Below are positions 24,734-43,906 of a stretch of DNA of 64,000 nucleotides, in pieces. This DNA is from Chrysomallon squamiferum (taxonomy: Eukaryota; Animalia; Mollusca), in the NCBI GenBank assembly GCA_012295275.1, contig CM022679.1, positions 17,608,001-17,672,000 of the forward strand, written 5' to 3'. The translations under genes were made by a program, and so were the position numbers. Under the pieces are notes generated by a model. It had not been told where the DNA came from, made no database searches, and worked only from the letters and a program-made list of their open reading frames with translations. Position 1 is the stretch's first letter. Every line of letters begins with the position of its first letter.

Positions 24734-27473
24734 ATGTATGCATAATTATCTGCATTTGCATGTATTAATGTATATGTGTGCTTGCATGTACGTTTATATG
24801 TATTCTTGTATATTTAATCTTTGTATATGTGAATGTATGTGGATATATGCATAATAAATGTTTTCTTTCTGTTCAGGCTGCATTTATCAACCGTCCAGCT
24901 CTGAGCATGTTTCCACCAAAAGATTGGCCACAGAAACTGCAAAATGCATTACTTTCAGTGAGTTGTTTCTTTCTTCTTCATTTTTTTTTTTTTTTTTTTT
25001 TGTTCTTGTAGCCCTCTACTTAAAGTGTTAATTCAGCCAGAGTGAATATTTAATTAATGAAATTAGCATTATTAAGAGAATGAATAAATTAACATACCTC
25101 AATACATTTTAATATAAGCGATTGTTAAATATCATTCACAACCAGACAACTATCGTTATCATCTCTCGTACATAAAGTAATTTTTATCTTGCCACTGTCA
25201 CTGGGCCCAGCGCATAAGAGGTGTCAGCTTTCAAGTGCTAACGACCCAGTTAAAATACGGCTTGTTTCGTGTCTAGGGATTGCGCATTTGGTGGACCCGC
25301 TGACTGTGCAATTAAGAAACTGTGACGATTGATTATAATAGACATATATTTTTGTGTTTGTAACGTAAGTTTGAGTTAGAACCCATTTAAGTGCTGAGAG
25401 AATAGCTATTAGTTCCGTAGTAAAGACGGATAGGTTGTTGGTCAGTCTACCTCTATAGTTGAAGGGTGGGTAGGGTAGTTCCGGCCTGACATGAAAGGCC
25501 ATGCCGGTTCTTCCCGTGAGAGGGTCTTTGGAGCCGTCTGTGTATATATGGGTGAAGTCCGAGTAGTGGTCGCTTAATGCTGCTATAAAGATTACGTTTT
25601 TAAATGGGTCGTGTTCAGTTTTTGGTACTTCCTGTCTAAGCGTTAAAGGTATGTCTAGTTGTTTTATGGTCCATGGGGGTTCTAAGGGTGGAGGGCTGTT
25701 TTCGAGTTCTAGGTCCAGTAGATTTAGTCTGTTTGCTGTCCTGTGTGTGATGTTTAGTGATGTTTCTCTGTCGTTGATGTAAGGTAGGTTGTTTGGGATT
25801 ATTGTGTTTATAGGATGGGTGGGGATTAGGTTTTTGATTTTAAACCAGTGTTTGAGACACTGTTTGCTGCATCGGATTCTCAGCGGTAGGATGTTTAGTT
25901 CCACAAACAGACTGCCAGTCGGTGTGCCTGGGGATACCTTGGCTATAATTCTTAGCGCCTTGTTGTATATCGTGTCTAATCGATTAAGCGATGTCTTTGT
26001 TCTTTGTGGTCTCTGTCTTTTACTTAATTAAACACGTCGCAGTCTTCCCTGAAGTTAGCAGAGCGAAGCTGACAAAAATTTCTTTTGTCGCTCGCTAATG
26101 ACAATAGGTGATTTCAGTAAATGGATTACTGTTAACTATCAGAAGATATTTAATTAATACATATTGTTAGGAATATTTGTAGAAATAAATGGTTAACATA
26201 TTTACTTACTTTAATGATGCATACAGGTTAATTACGAGATGTTAAACTGTATTAAAGTAAGCTATTTAAGTAAATAGTAAATATGTTTCAGACGTTTTCA
26301 AAAACTGTACCTTAAAAGGATAACAGTATAAAATATTATAATAAGTAAAAAAATAGCTACCAGCGAATTCTACAATTAGGTATAAACAAAATTGCAATCC
26401 TTGGCTTAGTAAATAAATTAGAACCAATTTGTTATGTTAAAGAAACACAGGAAACAGTACATCTAAATATCGCTGAGAAAACTTTCCACAGCTTGAACGA
26501 GTCCCTGTTAGTGTTTGATTAAGGGCCCTACTACGTAAGGTAAAAACACAGTTTACCGTCATAAAACGGAGAATACCACATAGTTCAGGTAAAAGTTTAA
26601 TGGGCACCGAGTTGGATAAATAACAGTTTTAGTTATGATAGATTACGCCTTTAAAAAGAGGTTCATAATTATACCAGTTTGTTCTCTTAACTGACAACTG
26701 TTTAAAAATAACCAAATTTAAAAATGAATAAATATATGTAACACAGTATATACAGGATATAATTAACCACAAGTTTATTTTTTTATTTTTCCAGGTTGCG
26801 CCACCAGGCCTTAATCAAGTACAGACAATGTCCTGTGGAGCATGCTCCATTGAACATGCACAGAAAGCTTGTTTCATAAAGTATAATGTAAGTATTATTC
26901 AGTTTAATAACTTAAACTTAAAGTGTGCCTACGTGATACAAAAAATAATCTAAATTATTTTGAATATTTCCAAGTTATGTTTTGTTCGTCCAGTTTTATC
27001 TATTAATATAGAACAACGACAAAGGGGTACAGTTAAAGATAGCGTGCGCCGCCATTTTTTTGTAGGTATGACGTCATCGTCAACAGGAGAGATAATTTGA
27101 GGTTTCCTCTGTGTACCAAATATCACTGTTATGAATTTGTCTCTTTTTTTTTTTTTGTCTTTTATTACTAATAAGAATGTTTGACTTATAACAAATAACT
27201 ATGACTAGTAAGTGTACTAAAGAATTTAAAGTATTAAGTTGTGTTACTTAATTTACCGTAGCAGCATCAGTACTGTCAAAAACAGTAAAACATATTTAAA
27301 AAAAAAATTGTATTATTATTTTAGTATTATTAATTGAAAAATTGATAGAAAATTAATAAAAATAATAATAATAAAAACAAACAGGAAAAGATAATAGTTG
27401 TGCAGTTGTGCAAACATGTACACGTATATCTTACATCCATTTTATTTTCATAACTAGATTTCACGTATTTAAA

Positions 27474-27525
<52 letters not shown>

Positions 27526-27638
27526 TTGTTTGTTCTTGAATTAGTATGTTTGGCGTTCAGGCAAATTTATCTGTATAGATAATGGTACGAAAATTCATTT
27601 TCATCATGCTGATAAATATTTTTATTACTCATGCAAAC

Positions 27639-27706
<68 letters not shown>

Positions 27707-30700
27707 ATTTTCCACACATTAATGGAAGCTTTCAAGCAATGGATCAACATGGGTGAAATAACCGCCCTTTAATATTAAGCTTCGTCATTCTTTTAAATCA
27801 CGACGATTATTATTATTATTTTAATTTCACTTGGAAGTTGCCGTACATTTTGCCGCCATTTTATCCAGCGATCTTGTGTTCACGTTTTGCGTTTGGCAAG
27901 CGAACTTTGATTATTTCCGCCAGATTATATTTATTGATAAATTCAGGGTACATAATAAACATACAGTGGTACCTTGACTTACGACTTTAATTCATTCCGT
28001 GACCGAGCTCGTGTATCAAATCAATTTTCCCAACTGAAATTAATTGAAATATCATTAATCCGTTCCAGCCTCCCGAAAAAAACACCCCATTTTTGTTTGT
28101 TTTTGAACGTATTTTTAAATAAGAAAAATGTATTTATAAATGACAAATACTGTATAAAAACAAAATAAAAGAGAATGTAAAGAAATAAATTGGTTTTGTA
28201 AAGTGTATTTATCTTGGAAATCAGACATTATTTTAACGCCTTTGGCTGGAGTTACACCCTTCATCTTTAGTATGGTACATATCGTAGAAGTACTACGCTC
28301 GTACTGCCTAGCCAAGTCGACTACATGCACACGTCGCTCATATTTTTCTTTAAATTCAAGCTTTAATGCAATGGACATCATCCGCTTCTTCTTCTTGTGA
28401 TCACTGACCTTTGCACTCACTTTCTTAGGATCCATGGCCAGAAAAAAGAAATTTGGTAAAATACTGCACGAAACGCAAGCACAACACAACAGAGAGGTGA
28501 GGTAACCACGTGACGTAACCAGTGAGACGCAGGATGCTGACCGGATGTTATGTGGTTCGTTGCGCCAACTCGCGGCGCGTATCTGAAGCTCGTTCATAAT
28601 TCGGATTTTGGCTCGCAACTCAAAGCAAAAAATCGAACGGGCTCGTAACTCGAAAAATTCGAAAAATTTCGATGTACCACTGTACGTTATTGCTATTCAA
28701 CGTCTGCTACACATGGTTTTATAAACGCAAGGGACTAAATAAATAAATCAGAAAAGAAGAATAACATTTGAAAAAAAGCTGCTGCCTATTTTTACAATTT
28801 CAATCACATAGAATCCCATATCAGTAAGAAATGGTCTTGTAAATTTGTAAATGAAATGATAAGTGATTGAGGATAATTACGTGTCCAGTAAAAATTACAG
28901 ATTAAAATAGGGTCCAAGACTCAATGTACTGACAGTTAAATAATTTTACCAATCTTTGTAAAATATTTAGTTAAAGATGCTGTTTTATTAGATACAGAAT
29001 ACTGATGTTTACATTTAAATGTTTAATTTATTATTCATGATAACTGCTTGATACACTTATGTATGCTTTTAATGGTAAATGGACAATTCCCCACTCCACA
29101 CATACACATACACACACAATCACATGTACATGCTCAGACATAAACACATTCAAACACACGTTGTTGTTGTTGATGTTGCTGCTGTTATTACTATTACTAC
29201 TACTACCACTATTATTATTATCATTACAGGATATTACTGTGTTGATTTTTGCCATGGACACTTACAATAAAAAAATAAGAGTGGGGAATTGTGCAAGTGG
29301 GAAATTGTCCTGGAACCTTTTTAACATATATATGTATGTTTTGACACTGATATATATTTTAATACAATGAGATAAGTTTTAACATGGTGATATGTTTTAA
29401 ACACAATTTAATTTTAACACAGTGGTGTATGTGTTAACACTTTACTGTATGTTTTAGCCCAGTGATGTATGTTTTAATGCACTGAGGTGTTTTAACACAT
29501 TGATAGTCATTTTATCATACTCTTGTGTTGTTAGGCTCATGTAAGAGAAGGCAGACCATACACAGAAGAGGAGATGCAAAGTGCACTGATGAATAAGAAA
29601 CCTGGCTGTCCTCCCCACACTGTCCTGTCTTTCAAAAATGCCTTTCATGGTAGAACAATGGGTAGGTTTTTGCTACATACTTCAATTTACACACAAACTT
29701 TAGTAACATTCAAAATGTTTTAGAAAATCAGTTTAACAGCACAGAGGTTTTTTCTAAATATTTAAACAGTTTTATTTAAATTGCTCGTTTAATAAATAAT
29801 TAACTAATTAAGCAAATGCCAGCTGATTATTTAAATTAAAATGATTCAGCATGTATGGGTGTTTGCTATTGTTCCACTTGTATAAGTATGAAAACATTAA
29901 TATCTATTGTGTGACAAATATGATAGTAATTTCTAATTAACATTTATAAGGTGCACTAGCACTGACTCATACCAAGTCAATTCACAAGCTGGATTTGCCC
30001 CAGCCAGAATGGCCCATAGCGACATTTCCACAGTTAAAGTATCCACTGGATGAGTTCACTCGTGAAAACATGGAGGAAGAAGACAGGTGTTTAGCTGAGG
30101 TAAAAATAATGTTTAATAAATAATTCTGAATATTTTTTTCCAATCAGAAATGTTTTTCATTGACATATATATATAAATAAATAGGTAAGTAACTAAGCAA
30201 GTGGATGACAATCAGACAGGCAGACAGATAAATAAATAAAATAAAATTTATAAAAATAAAGTAAAATAAAATTTATAAACTAAAAGTCAAATAAAAATTT
30301 AATTATGACATAAATAGATGAATAACTTAAAAGAGACAAGACATTTCTGAAGGGAAGTTACTGTGTTTTTTGAAACAACTTCAACCAGTAGATCATGTTC
30401 TTTCTAATCATTTTTACAAAATTTCTACAGTCTTAAAGTTGTTTTATTAATGAAAACACAAATGATCAGTAGAGGTACATCAGTCAAAAATAATCCAGTC
30501 ATTCTCTGTTTCAGGGGTTAAATATTCTGTTTTAACATCCAAACTGAAGGTGATCTGTAGGTATAGCAATTTTGAAAAACAGTTTCTCAGACTAAAGTTA
30601 AATTCAAAATACACTTTAAAATAAAAAGTTCATTGTAATTTAATTACTTATCTACTGTGTTTAATAACTCCCAGATATCTGGATGAGGCAGTGTTGTAGT

Positions 30701-33700
30701 AATTAAGAACTGTACAGATTAGGTATTTGTTTAAAAGTTCCTTTTTTCCATATAAGAAAAACTACAAGCATCATCTTCAGTCACATTTATTTATTTACTT
30801 TTTTTTTCTGAATGAAACAGTTATCGCTCCTTATTTATTGGTTAGTTTAATTCTGCAAATTATACAGAGTTATTTATTAGTTTTATTTATTTATTGTAAA
30901 GGTACAAGACTTAACAGAGATATACAAGAAGAAAGGATCACCTCCAGTTGCCATAGTAGTAGAACCAATTCAAAGTGAAGGGGGAGATAACCATGCTTCT
31001 GCTCACTTCTTTCAAGGTCTTCAGGACATTGCTCAAGAGGTGATTAGTGAGAAATATTTAATTTTGTTTTGTTTTGTCTTCAGTAAAAGATAGAATGAAT
31101 AAAGAAGAAGAAACTAAGAATATTGAACTGTGGACTGATTTAAGATTACAATGCTTCAGACATTTTTTTTATAAACAATGAATAATTATTAAAAGTAATA
31201 ATCTGACTAATGTGGAAAATAGAGATAAATTATATTTTTAAATAGTTTGTTACAGGGATTTTGTTAATTAATATGCTCAAAATATTTTTCTTCACAGAAA
31301 TTTTGTTGTCTAAGTTTTTAACAGTGCTAAGATAAATAAAATATTACATTCTTTTCTTACATTTGAATTTAGAAGATAATAATAATTTTGTTTAAAAGTA
31401 TAAAAAATACATAACAAACAATTACAGATTACTTTACATTAAATTAACTGACTATCCTTCCTATTTGTTTTGAATTAGAAATATAACACTTCGTAAACAA
31501 ACAGTTATTATTTATGAATGATAAATGAATTGACTCTTTTGGCTTCTGCATACTGAATGCTGGAACTTTGTTTGATGTTTCCACTGAATTTAGAACAACA
31601 TGGGTCTTTTGATTGACGAGGTTCAGACAGGGTGTGGTGCATCCGGAAAGATGTGGGCACATGAATACTGGAATCTCAGAGACCCACCAGATCTCGTTAC
31701 CTTTGCAAAGAAAATGATGACTGGAGGATTTTACTGCAGTAATCAGTTCAGACCTAAAGAAGTAAATTTAATATTTTTAATACTTTAAATTATATAAATT
31801 TGTTGCATTTTCACAAACTGAGTCAGAAGTTGGCAAAGCAATGCTGTAAATGTTTCCACTGTTGATAGTGTCTAAATATTGTTTCCTGCATTATTAACTG
31901 ATTTCTCTAAAGTGGTGAAAATTCATTTGCTTAACTGCCTTGGAAACATATAGAAATGACAGGTTTATGTGCTTTCGGGTAATTCTGAGACAGTCACTAA
32001 TAAACCAGGCATCACCGGAAAGTGAAATGTCATTTTTCCATATATGAGCATATATATGTTAATAACTGAGCTTTTCAACCTCTTAGATTGCTTAGAATGC
32101 ACTCCCTATAATGTTCAGCACTGTAAATAATTTTGATCACATGGTCATACACCTAGCTGTTAATCTGATCGGTTCAGTGAAAGGTCATTTAATAAACCTA
32201 AAATGGATGCATATCACGTATTTTCATCGTGAGGTAGCTGACCTAGATAAAATAAAAAGAAACAACTGATAGCATTTATCCTGGTTTTGTCAGAGAGAAT
32301 GACAGTCACAGTCATGCTTCACAACAGTTTGCTCTACTTACAATGTTAATTGTTTTCAGTCACTTCTGTCAGTGACACAATAGCATGATATTTTTTAATG
32401 TGATCATGTACAGTTCAACTGTTTCACTTTGAGTTTTTAGAGGATTTGACAGTGAGCCCGATGAGGACAAGACAATTAAATGTACTATGATAAAAACTGA
32501 TAAAGATGAAAATTACCATTTTGACTTACAGGAAAATGACTTGCAAACTGTGATGGAAGTAAAAACAAAATACACCTGTTATGGCACTGGCAGATTAGGG
32601 AATAGCATTTGTCAATCTTCCTTAACACCTGTACATGTAAATAAAAAAATAACAAGTAAAAAATATATCAGTTACTTAAATTATTGTTTTTATTACTGCT
32701 GAAAGGGAAAACAGTATTTGTACTGTTAATGTTATTCTTCTTCTTCTAGTGTTCAATGTTATAACAGTGATACATGGCTTTAAATATTTAAATAATTTAT
32801 GTAAGTAGATATAGATGTGCTAAGGCATGACATTTTTGTTTTTCGTGTTCTTTGCAAAGTGATTAACTTTATTCAGGTATTTACCTACACCATTATCAAA
32901 AAGATGTACATAGAATTATTTAAAAAAAAAAAAAAAAATTTGAATACTCCAAACTTAGTCCATCTAAATTAAGATATGTTGTGCTGGTTAGAGCCTTTGC
33001 TTCCAAACTTTGAAAACCATTTTCTGCATTTTATGGTTTTTACCCCCAATAAATTTATCATATCTTAATCCTGATAGAATTGATGAGTCATCTTATGTTA
33101 TGTTATAACATAAGAAAACAGAAATGCAACTATTTCAAATGGTCCTAATAACTCATTTTGGAATTTTTCCAACAAGCGAATCATTTTGTAAGAACATGAT
33201 TTAAATAATTAAAGTAATAACTTCATAAAATGTTTAGATTATGAAAAATGAGTTTACAAACTGTAACAATTTTTAAATACAGTTTAGCTAAATATCTAAC
33301 TGTTGTAAATAATGAAAACAAAAATACATAAAAAAACCCACAACAAAACAACAACATTACACAAAGTTGGTCAAGAAATGAAAATTTATAAATCATTTCC
33401 ATGTGTTTTTTAATCATTTGTTCATATCATATTGAACTGTTTAATAATGTACATGCTAATACCAAATGGGTAATATTAAGATAGATAGTAGATTTCAATG
33501 TTATTTGATTTCTACAGGCTTACAGAATTTTCAACACTTGGGTTGGGGATCCCTCAAAAGTTGTGTTGCTGCAGGAAGTGGTCAGTGTGATTAAAGAGCA
33601 GAATGTTCTCAACAACGTGGAACAAGTTGGAGAATATGTCAAGAATGGATTGGAGGGTGCACAGGTACATATACACGTACATAATATAAGTTCATGTAAA

Positions 33701-35903
33701 ATGAAATACATCTGAACTGAAGAATATTCAGGTACACACATACATACAGACATACATACAAACATGTATATACATGCTCACATACATACATACATGCATA
33801 TACATGCACACACTGCGATTCCATTTAAGCTGAAGGAGTTGCTGAACTGAAGAATACTAATGTATACACACACACAAAGACCTAATATGTGCTGATAACT
33901 GAAAGAGACTGAACTGCAGATACTCATTTGAATGCCTACACAAACTGACAGACAGAGAATAATATTTACTATGTTGGGAAAGTCATCTAAAATATTGTTA
34001 GCAGGTTCATTTCACATTAGTACAAACAATATGTTGAATATCTAATAACAATTAACATGCATGAATAAACATTCATTCAGAATTAGCTAATGTTAATTTT
34101 AGGTTTTAACAGTGAGAGGTTTAACCTTTATACTGGGTTGTACAAAAATAAATATTTGTGTAACTTTTACTAAACTGTAAAGTTAAATTAAATTTGTGTA
34201 TTCTGTTATTGTTATAATTATTGCCGTTACATATTTTTCTCTTTTTTTTTTCATTTCTTTTTATGATAAACAAATATTTTAGTATATATTTTAGGTATTT
34301 TTAAATTTAATTAAATTTATATATTGCTATTATTAAATGAACATTCTTCTTTTCAGAATCTTTTTCCTGGGATGTTGAATAATGTCAGAGGTCTGGGAAC
34401 CCTGATTGCTATTGATTTCAAAGATGTTTCTGCTAGAGACCAAGCCTTACTAACTCTTAGGAGAAAGGGTAAAGTTCTCAAAAATATTGTTGAAATCCTC
34501 AAAATAAAACTTAAAATTTCTGTCTCTAATTTAGCATTCTGATGTTTAATATGTGGCTTGTTCATGGATACTGATAGTCAGAACTTATGCGATCAGTGTT
34601 TATGTTTTTACCATCTTCATGGACTTACTCTAATTATACACTTTGTAATTTGAGGGAAGTCATTTTTACTTATATAAATTCCACAAGCAGATATACATTA
34701 ATAATGTCTAACTTGTTGTGAATACTGAAGCACATAACAAATATATCTGAATATTAACACAATCACAAGTATATTGATTTGTAAATATTAATTTCTCAAT
34801 TAGTTTAAAAGAATAATAGTTCATTAAATGAATAAAGTAACAGTTTCAAATGTTTTAGATGCTTGTAATTTTATATAGATTATTTTTACCGTATATACTT
34901 GTGTACAAGGCGACCTTATGTATAAGTCGATGTGTATTTTAAGACCAAACATTGCGTCATTTTAGGTATTACTTGTGTATAAGTCGACTGTAGATTCCAG
35001 GCACCGTCACTATTTTTAGACCAGTGTGACAGTGCCATGAAGGCCTACATTGTACGCCTACTGTAACATAACTTGCACGAGCTGTAACTTGCACGAACAT
35101 ACCATAATAACGTAAATGCATATATTACACGAGCTATAGCCTAAATGTATCATAAATAGTATCTCTTTAATGTAATAGGTCTAACATGGAGACCCAACTT
35201 ACCGTTATATTTAGCCGTTCCGTGATTTACAAAATTTGTCGGTAGTGGATATTAATGACGATTGCAATATTATTTCACCAAATTCTTTACAATTAAACAA
35301 GTGAGTTTTGTTTATGAAATTAGGACCGATACTTAGCGCAATTTGGCAGAGAAGTCTGCATTCCTAGATCATTGCAAGACGCCGTCAGGCATAACGCCGT
35401 ACTGACGGTTTTCTCGCTTTAAAATGTATTTTTATGTCATTAAACGGAAGAATATCATATTTTACATTCATATTTGGTTTTGTTATTTAATTTTTCAAAA
35501 AATTTTATACGATAAAATTATATTTTTGAAAAGCTGAAAGACCGCGATTATTTTAGATGCATCCCGTAGCAAAAAATAGTCAAAATGGCGACTCTTCAGC
35601 AACAGCTACAAAAGCATTACCTATGTTACTACGTATAAGTCGACCCCCAAAATATTACCTTAATATAGTCTCCCAAAAATTCGACTTATACACAAGTATG
35701 TATGGTATTTATGATACATAAAGTAACTGCCAGTTTGTACTTTATTAAATTCTTATGAAGAATAATTTTGATTTGCAGGTATTAATGTTGGCAGTTCTGG
35801 TATCCAGACACTGAGACTCCGGCCAACTCTAATCTTTGAGAAGAAACATGCAGACATTTTCCTGGATGTGTTTTATAGTGTTGTCAAAGACATGAATAAG
35901 TAA
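20367..35903 (+). CDS. ABAT: 4-aminobutyrate aminotransferase (GABA-T), mitochondrial-type, paralogue B, ~494 aa
   Basis: 13 GT-AG exons: 20367-20427 (alternative in-frame ATG at 20358), 21100-21215, 22630-22747, 24533-24582, 24877-24957, 26795-26887, 29535-29661, 29951-30099, 30902-31039, 31594-31761, 33518-33664, 34357-34468, 35779-35903 (1485 nt, TAA stop). Motifs: [65 protein letters not shown]. Confidence 0.96.
22858..22923. repeat. (GA)n microsatellite, ABAT-B intron 3
   Basis: Directly visible. Confidence 0.95.
23260..23314. repeat. (GT)n microsatellite, ABAT-B intron 3
   Basis: Directly visible. Confidence 0.95.
23759..24292. mobile_element. hAT-type MITE in ABAT-B intron 3
   Basis: Left end caggacccgattaag, right end gctaatccgctctg. 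Perfect 8-bp TSD agtatttt at 23751-23758 and 24293-24300. Confidence 0.8.
24669..24733. repeat. (GT)n(CTGT)n compound microsatellite, ABAT-B intron 4
   Basis: Directly visible. Confidence 0.95.
25365..26010 (-). mobile_element. Truncated LINE (I/Nimb-like clade) ORF2 fragment with RNase H domain, ABAT-B intron 5
   Basis: [12 protein letters not shown]...[16 protein letters not shown] (post-RT region), PPW, then IYTDGSK and [16 protein letters not shown] (RNase H motifs) in ORF 25224..25904 and its upstream frame. Clade is inferred. Confidence 0.88.
27477..27525. repeat. (ATT)n microsatellite, ABAT-B intron 6
   Basis: Directly visible. Confidence 0.95.
27641..27705. repeat. (GA)n microsatellite, ABAT-B intron 6
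   Basis: Directly visible. Confidence 0.95.
27964..28682 (-). mobile_element. Internally deleted pogo/Tigger (Tc1-mariner superfamily) element, ABAT-B intron 6
   Basis: TA|cagtggtaccttga ... tcgatgtaccactg|TA TIRs with TA TSD. The minus strand encodes only the N-terminal HTH: MDPKKV...[44 protein letters not shown]. Confidence 0.92.
29334..29505. repeat. Degenerate ~20-bp minisatellite (tatgttttaacacagtggtg-like)
   Basis: Repeated gttttaacac/gtgatgtat motifs ending just upstream of the ABAT-B exon 7 acceptor. Confidence 0.65.
34889..35705. mobile_element. Non-autonomous Tc1-mariner/pogo-type MITE (CCGTA-type TIR), ABAT-B intron 12
   Basis: TA|ccgtatatacttgtgtacaaggcga ... tcgacttatacacaagtatgtatgg|TA. 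Internal repeated TATAAGTCGA motifs at ~34921, ~34978, ~35634 and, inverted, 35681. Confidence 0.88.
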
Positions 35904-37426
35904 CAGAATCTTTATTCTGCCAGATTTTTTGTTGCCCGAGTTCATACTATCATAGTGTTGTCCAGGGAAGTGAGTAAAAAAATAATTATAATTTGTGCTT
36001 TTAGTGCTTTTTATACAATGTTGTTATTTTAGCTCATTTTATCAATAAAAAAATGGTTATTACTAAAAAATAGTTTATTACATTATGCAAGTGTGGTTAC
36101 TTCACTGTAAACAGTTGCTTTCTATAAATATACATCATTTAAGTGTTAAAATATCTGAATGTTTTTATCATTTTGTTTATGATTGTACCACATTGTTTGC
36201 TAAGATTTTCACTGATTTTCTTTAGAAAGAAAGACAAAATGGATGTTCCATATATCACTGAAAGTTTTTACCTATGATCGCCATCTTTTTTCTTCTTTGT
36301 CCTATCAACTGATCAGTTGATATTTTTCTCATTTCACAAAAACAAAAATATTGTTAAAATATTGTCAAACATTAATTCTCCAGTTTTGTCAAAATTACTT
36401 TTTACAATGTATTTGTAAATTAATTATGTATTTCTTTACTGTAATAAATGATCTGGATATTAAGAAAACTGATTTTGAAATAAAGTTAGATTTATATTTA
36501 ATGTTGGAATAAGGGTATTTACTGACAATATTAAGTTGTTCATATATTTACAGTCTTTAAAGAAACTCAAGTAATACATTTAATTATCTCATCAGATTCA
36601 TTGTTTTCTCTACATATTTTGCTCCCAATATGAACAGCCATTTAAAGTAATTTTTAAAACCAATTTCAAATTAATAAGTAGGAAAATTATATTAAACTGT
36701 TGTACTTTTTTCCTGTTTCATATATCCACTTAGTATTTAGAAATAAGTGGATGTGTAAATATTGGTAATTGAAACAATTACAACACAATCTACTTAGAAC
36801 ATTTTATTAGTATCACACAAAAATTTAGTAAATGATCTTATTATGTTTAGAATAAACCTGTACTTGTTGTGACACACAGAGAGAAAACAAAGCAATAACA
36901 CACAAACACAGATAAGTTGGTGATGTGGCCTTCAAATAGACCACATAATTTATTTTCAAACTGCAATCTGTAAATCAAATATAGAAATCCATGGGACCTT
37001 GTTGTTTACCATTTTCAGTTAAAATGAAATAGTGTGCCCTGATTTTAAATGAACACTCCAAAATATTAATCACCTGTGAATAAAGACTTAGAAATTAAAA
37101 ACTGATGTAGAAATAAGCTGGAAACATTCTGCATGTTTATTAATGGAAGTGGTCAGCTGCAATATATGCTTTTATGAATTAACTTTTATCTAAAAATTTT
37201 ATATCATCATCAAACCTTACAATTAGTCACAATCATTTACAAAGTAATCATCTGTAATGATCCACTCATAAAACACAGTTTCTTTTTAAGTCTTTTATAG
37301 TATCTTGAAATAAAATAAATTAAAATCAAATATGATTATTTTTTTTTTTTCATTTATATCAAATGCAAGACATTAAAAAAGACCATGTACAGAAAATTTA
37401 AGAAATCATCAACATTTCCTGGCTGC

Positions 37427-43081
<5,655 letters not shown>

Positions 43082-43399
43082 ATTTATGTTACTTCTTCTT
43101 CTTTTTATGGGAATGCCACACTTTGGATGTTAAAACAGAAAGCAGACTGAAGAAACTTTAAAAATGTAAATATGTAAATATATGGTTAAAAACTATTAAT
43201 TCTGTCTAGTGAAGTGTGAAGATCATATTCTTAGTATCATCTTTCTTCAGTTTTCTAGTAACTAGTGAAGTTACCAGCTGATGTTGTTACTTCTTCATAG
43301 TTTCTAAAATAAATAAAAAATAAAGTTTATTTCACTTATTTGGTTATTTATTGTTCTTGTCATTCCTGCATGATTACAATTTACATCATGCTATTCTAA

Positions 43400-43859
43400 T
43401 ATTTACGTGTTCACAATCACAGTATTACTGTATTCAGTATTGCTGTATTATATCGAATATTCTGTAGGAAAGAAATGGAAATTGACAGCTCAGTGAATCA
43501 TGAAACTTTTTTTTTACATTGCACCATCTGTCGCATATCATTAAAAATGATCATCATCAATATGGGTTCAAACATTCATGGCATATGACGATATGTAAAT
43601 TTGAAGTTGCACACGTTATATCTGAATTTCACATATTAATATATAAATGTTTGATGTAATACCTTTTTTTATAGAGTTTTTTGACAATGCATCACTGACG
43701 CAACAAATTTGCAACCTACCAAAAACAAGATCCTTGGTTACACCATAACTTGCAAATAAAACATTTCGCCAACATGTCATCAATACGTAGTTTTTATTTT
43801 TATTTTTTTATTTTATTTAAACCGGATGCTAAAAAAACACGGTGCGTGCTTGTAGTTCT

Positions 43860-43906
<47 letters not shown>

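Noticed and set aside
7490-35903. ABAT duplication as a haplotype-assembly artefact
   Set aside because: Exons are far too diverged and introns unrelated for the two copies to be alleles.
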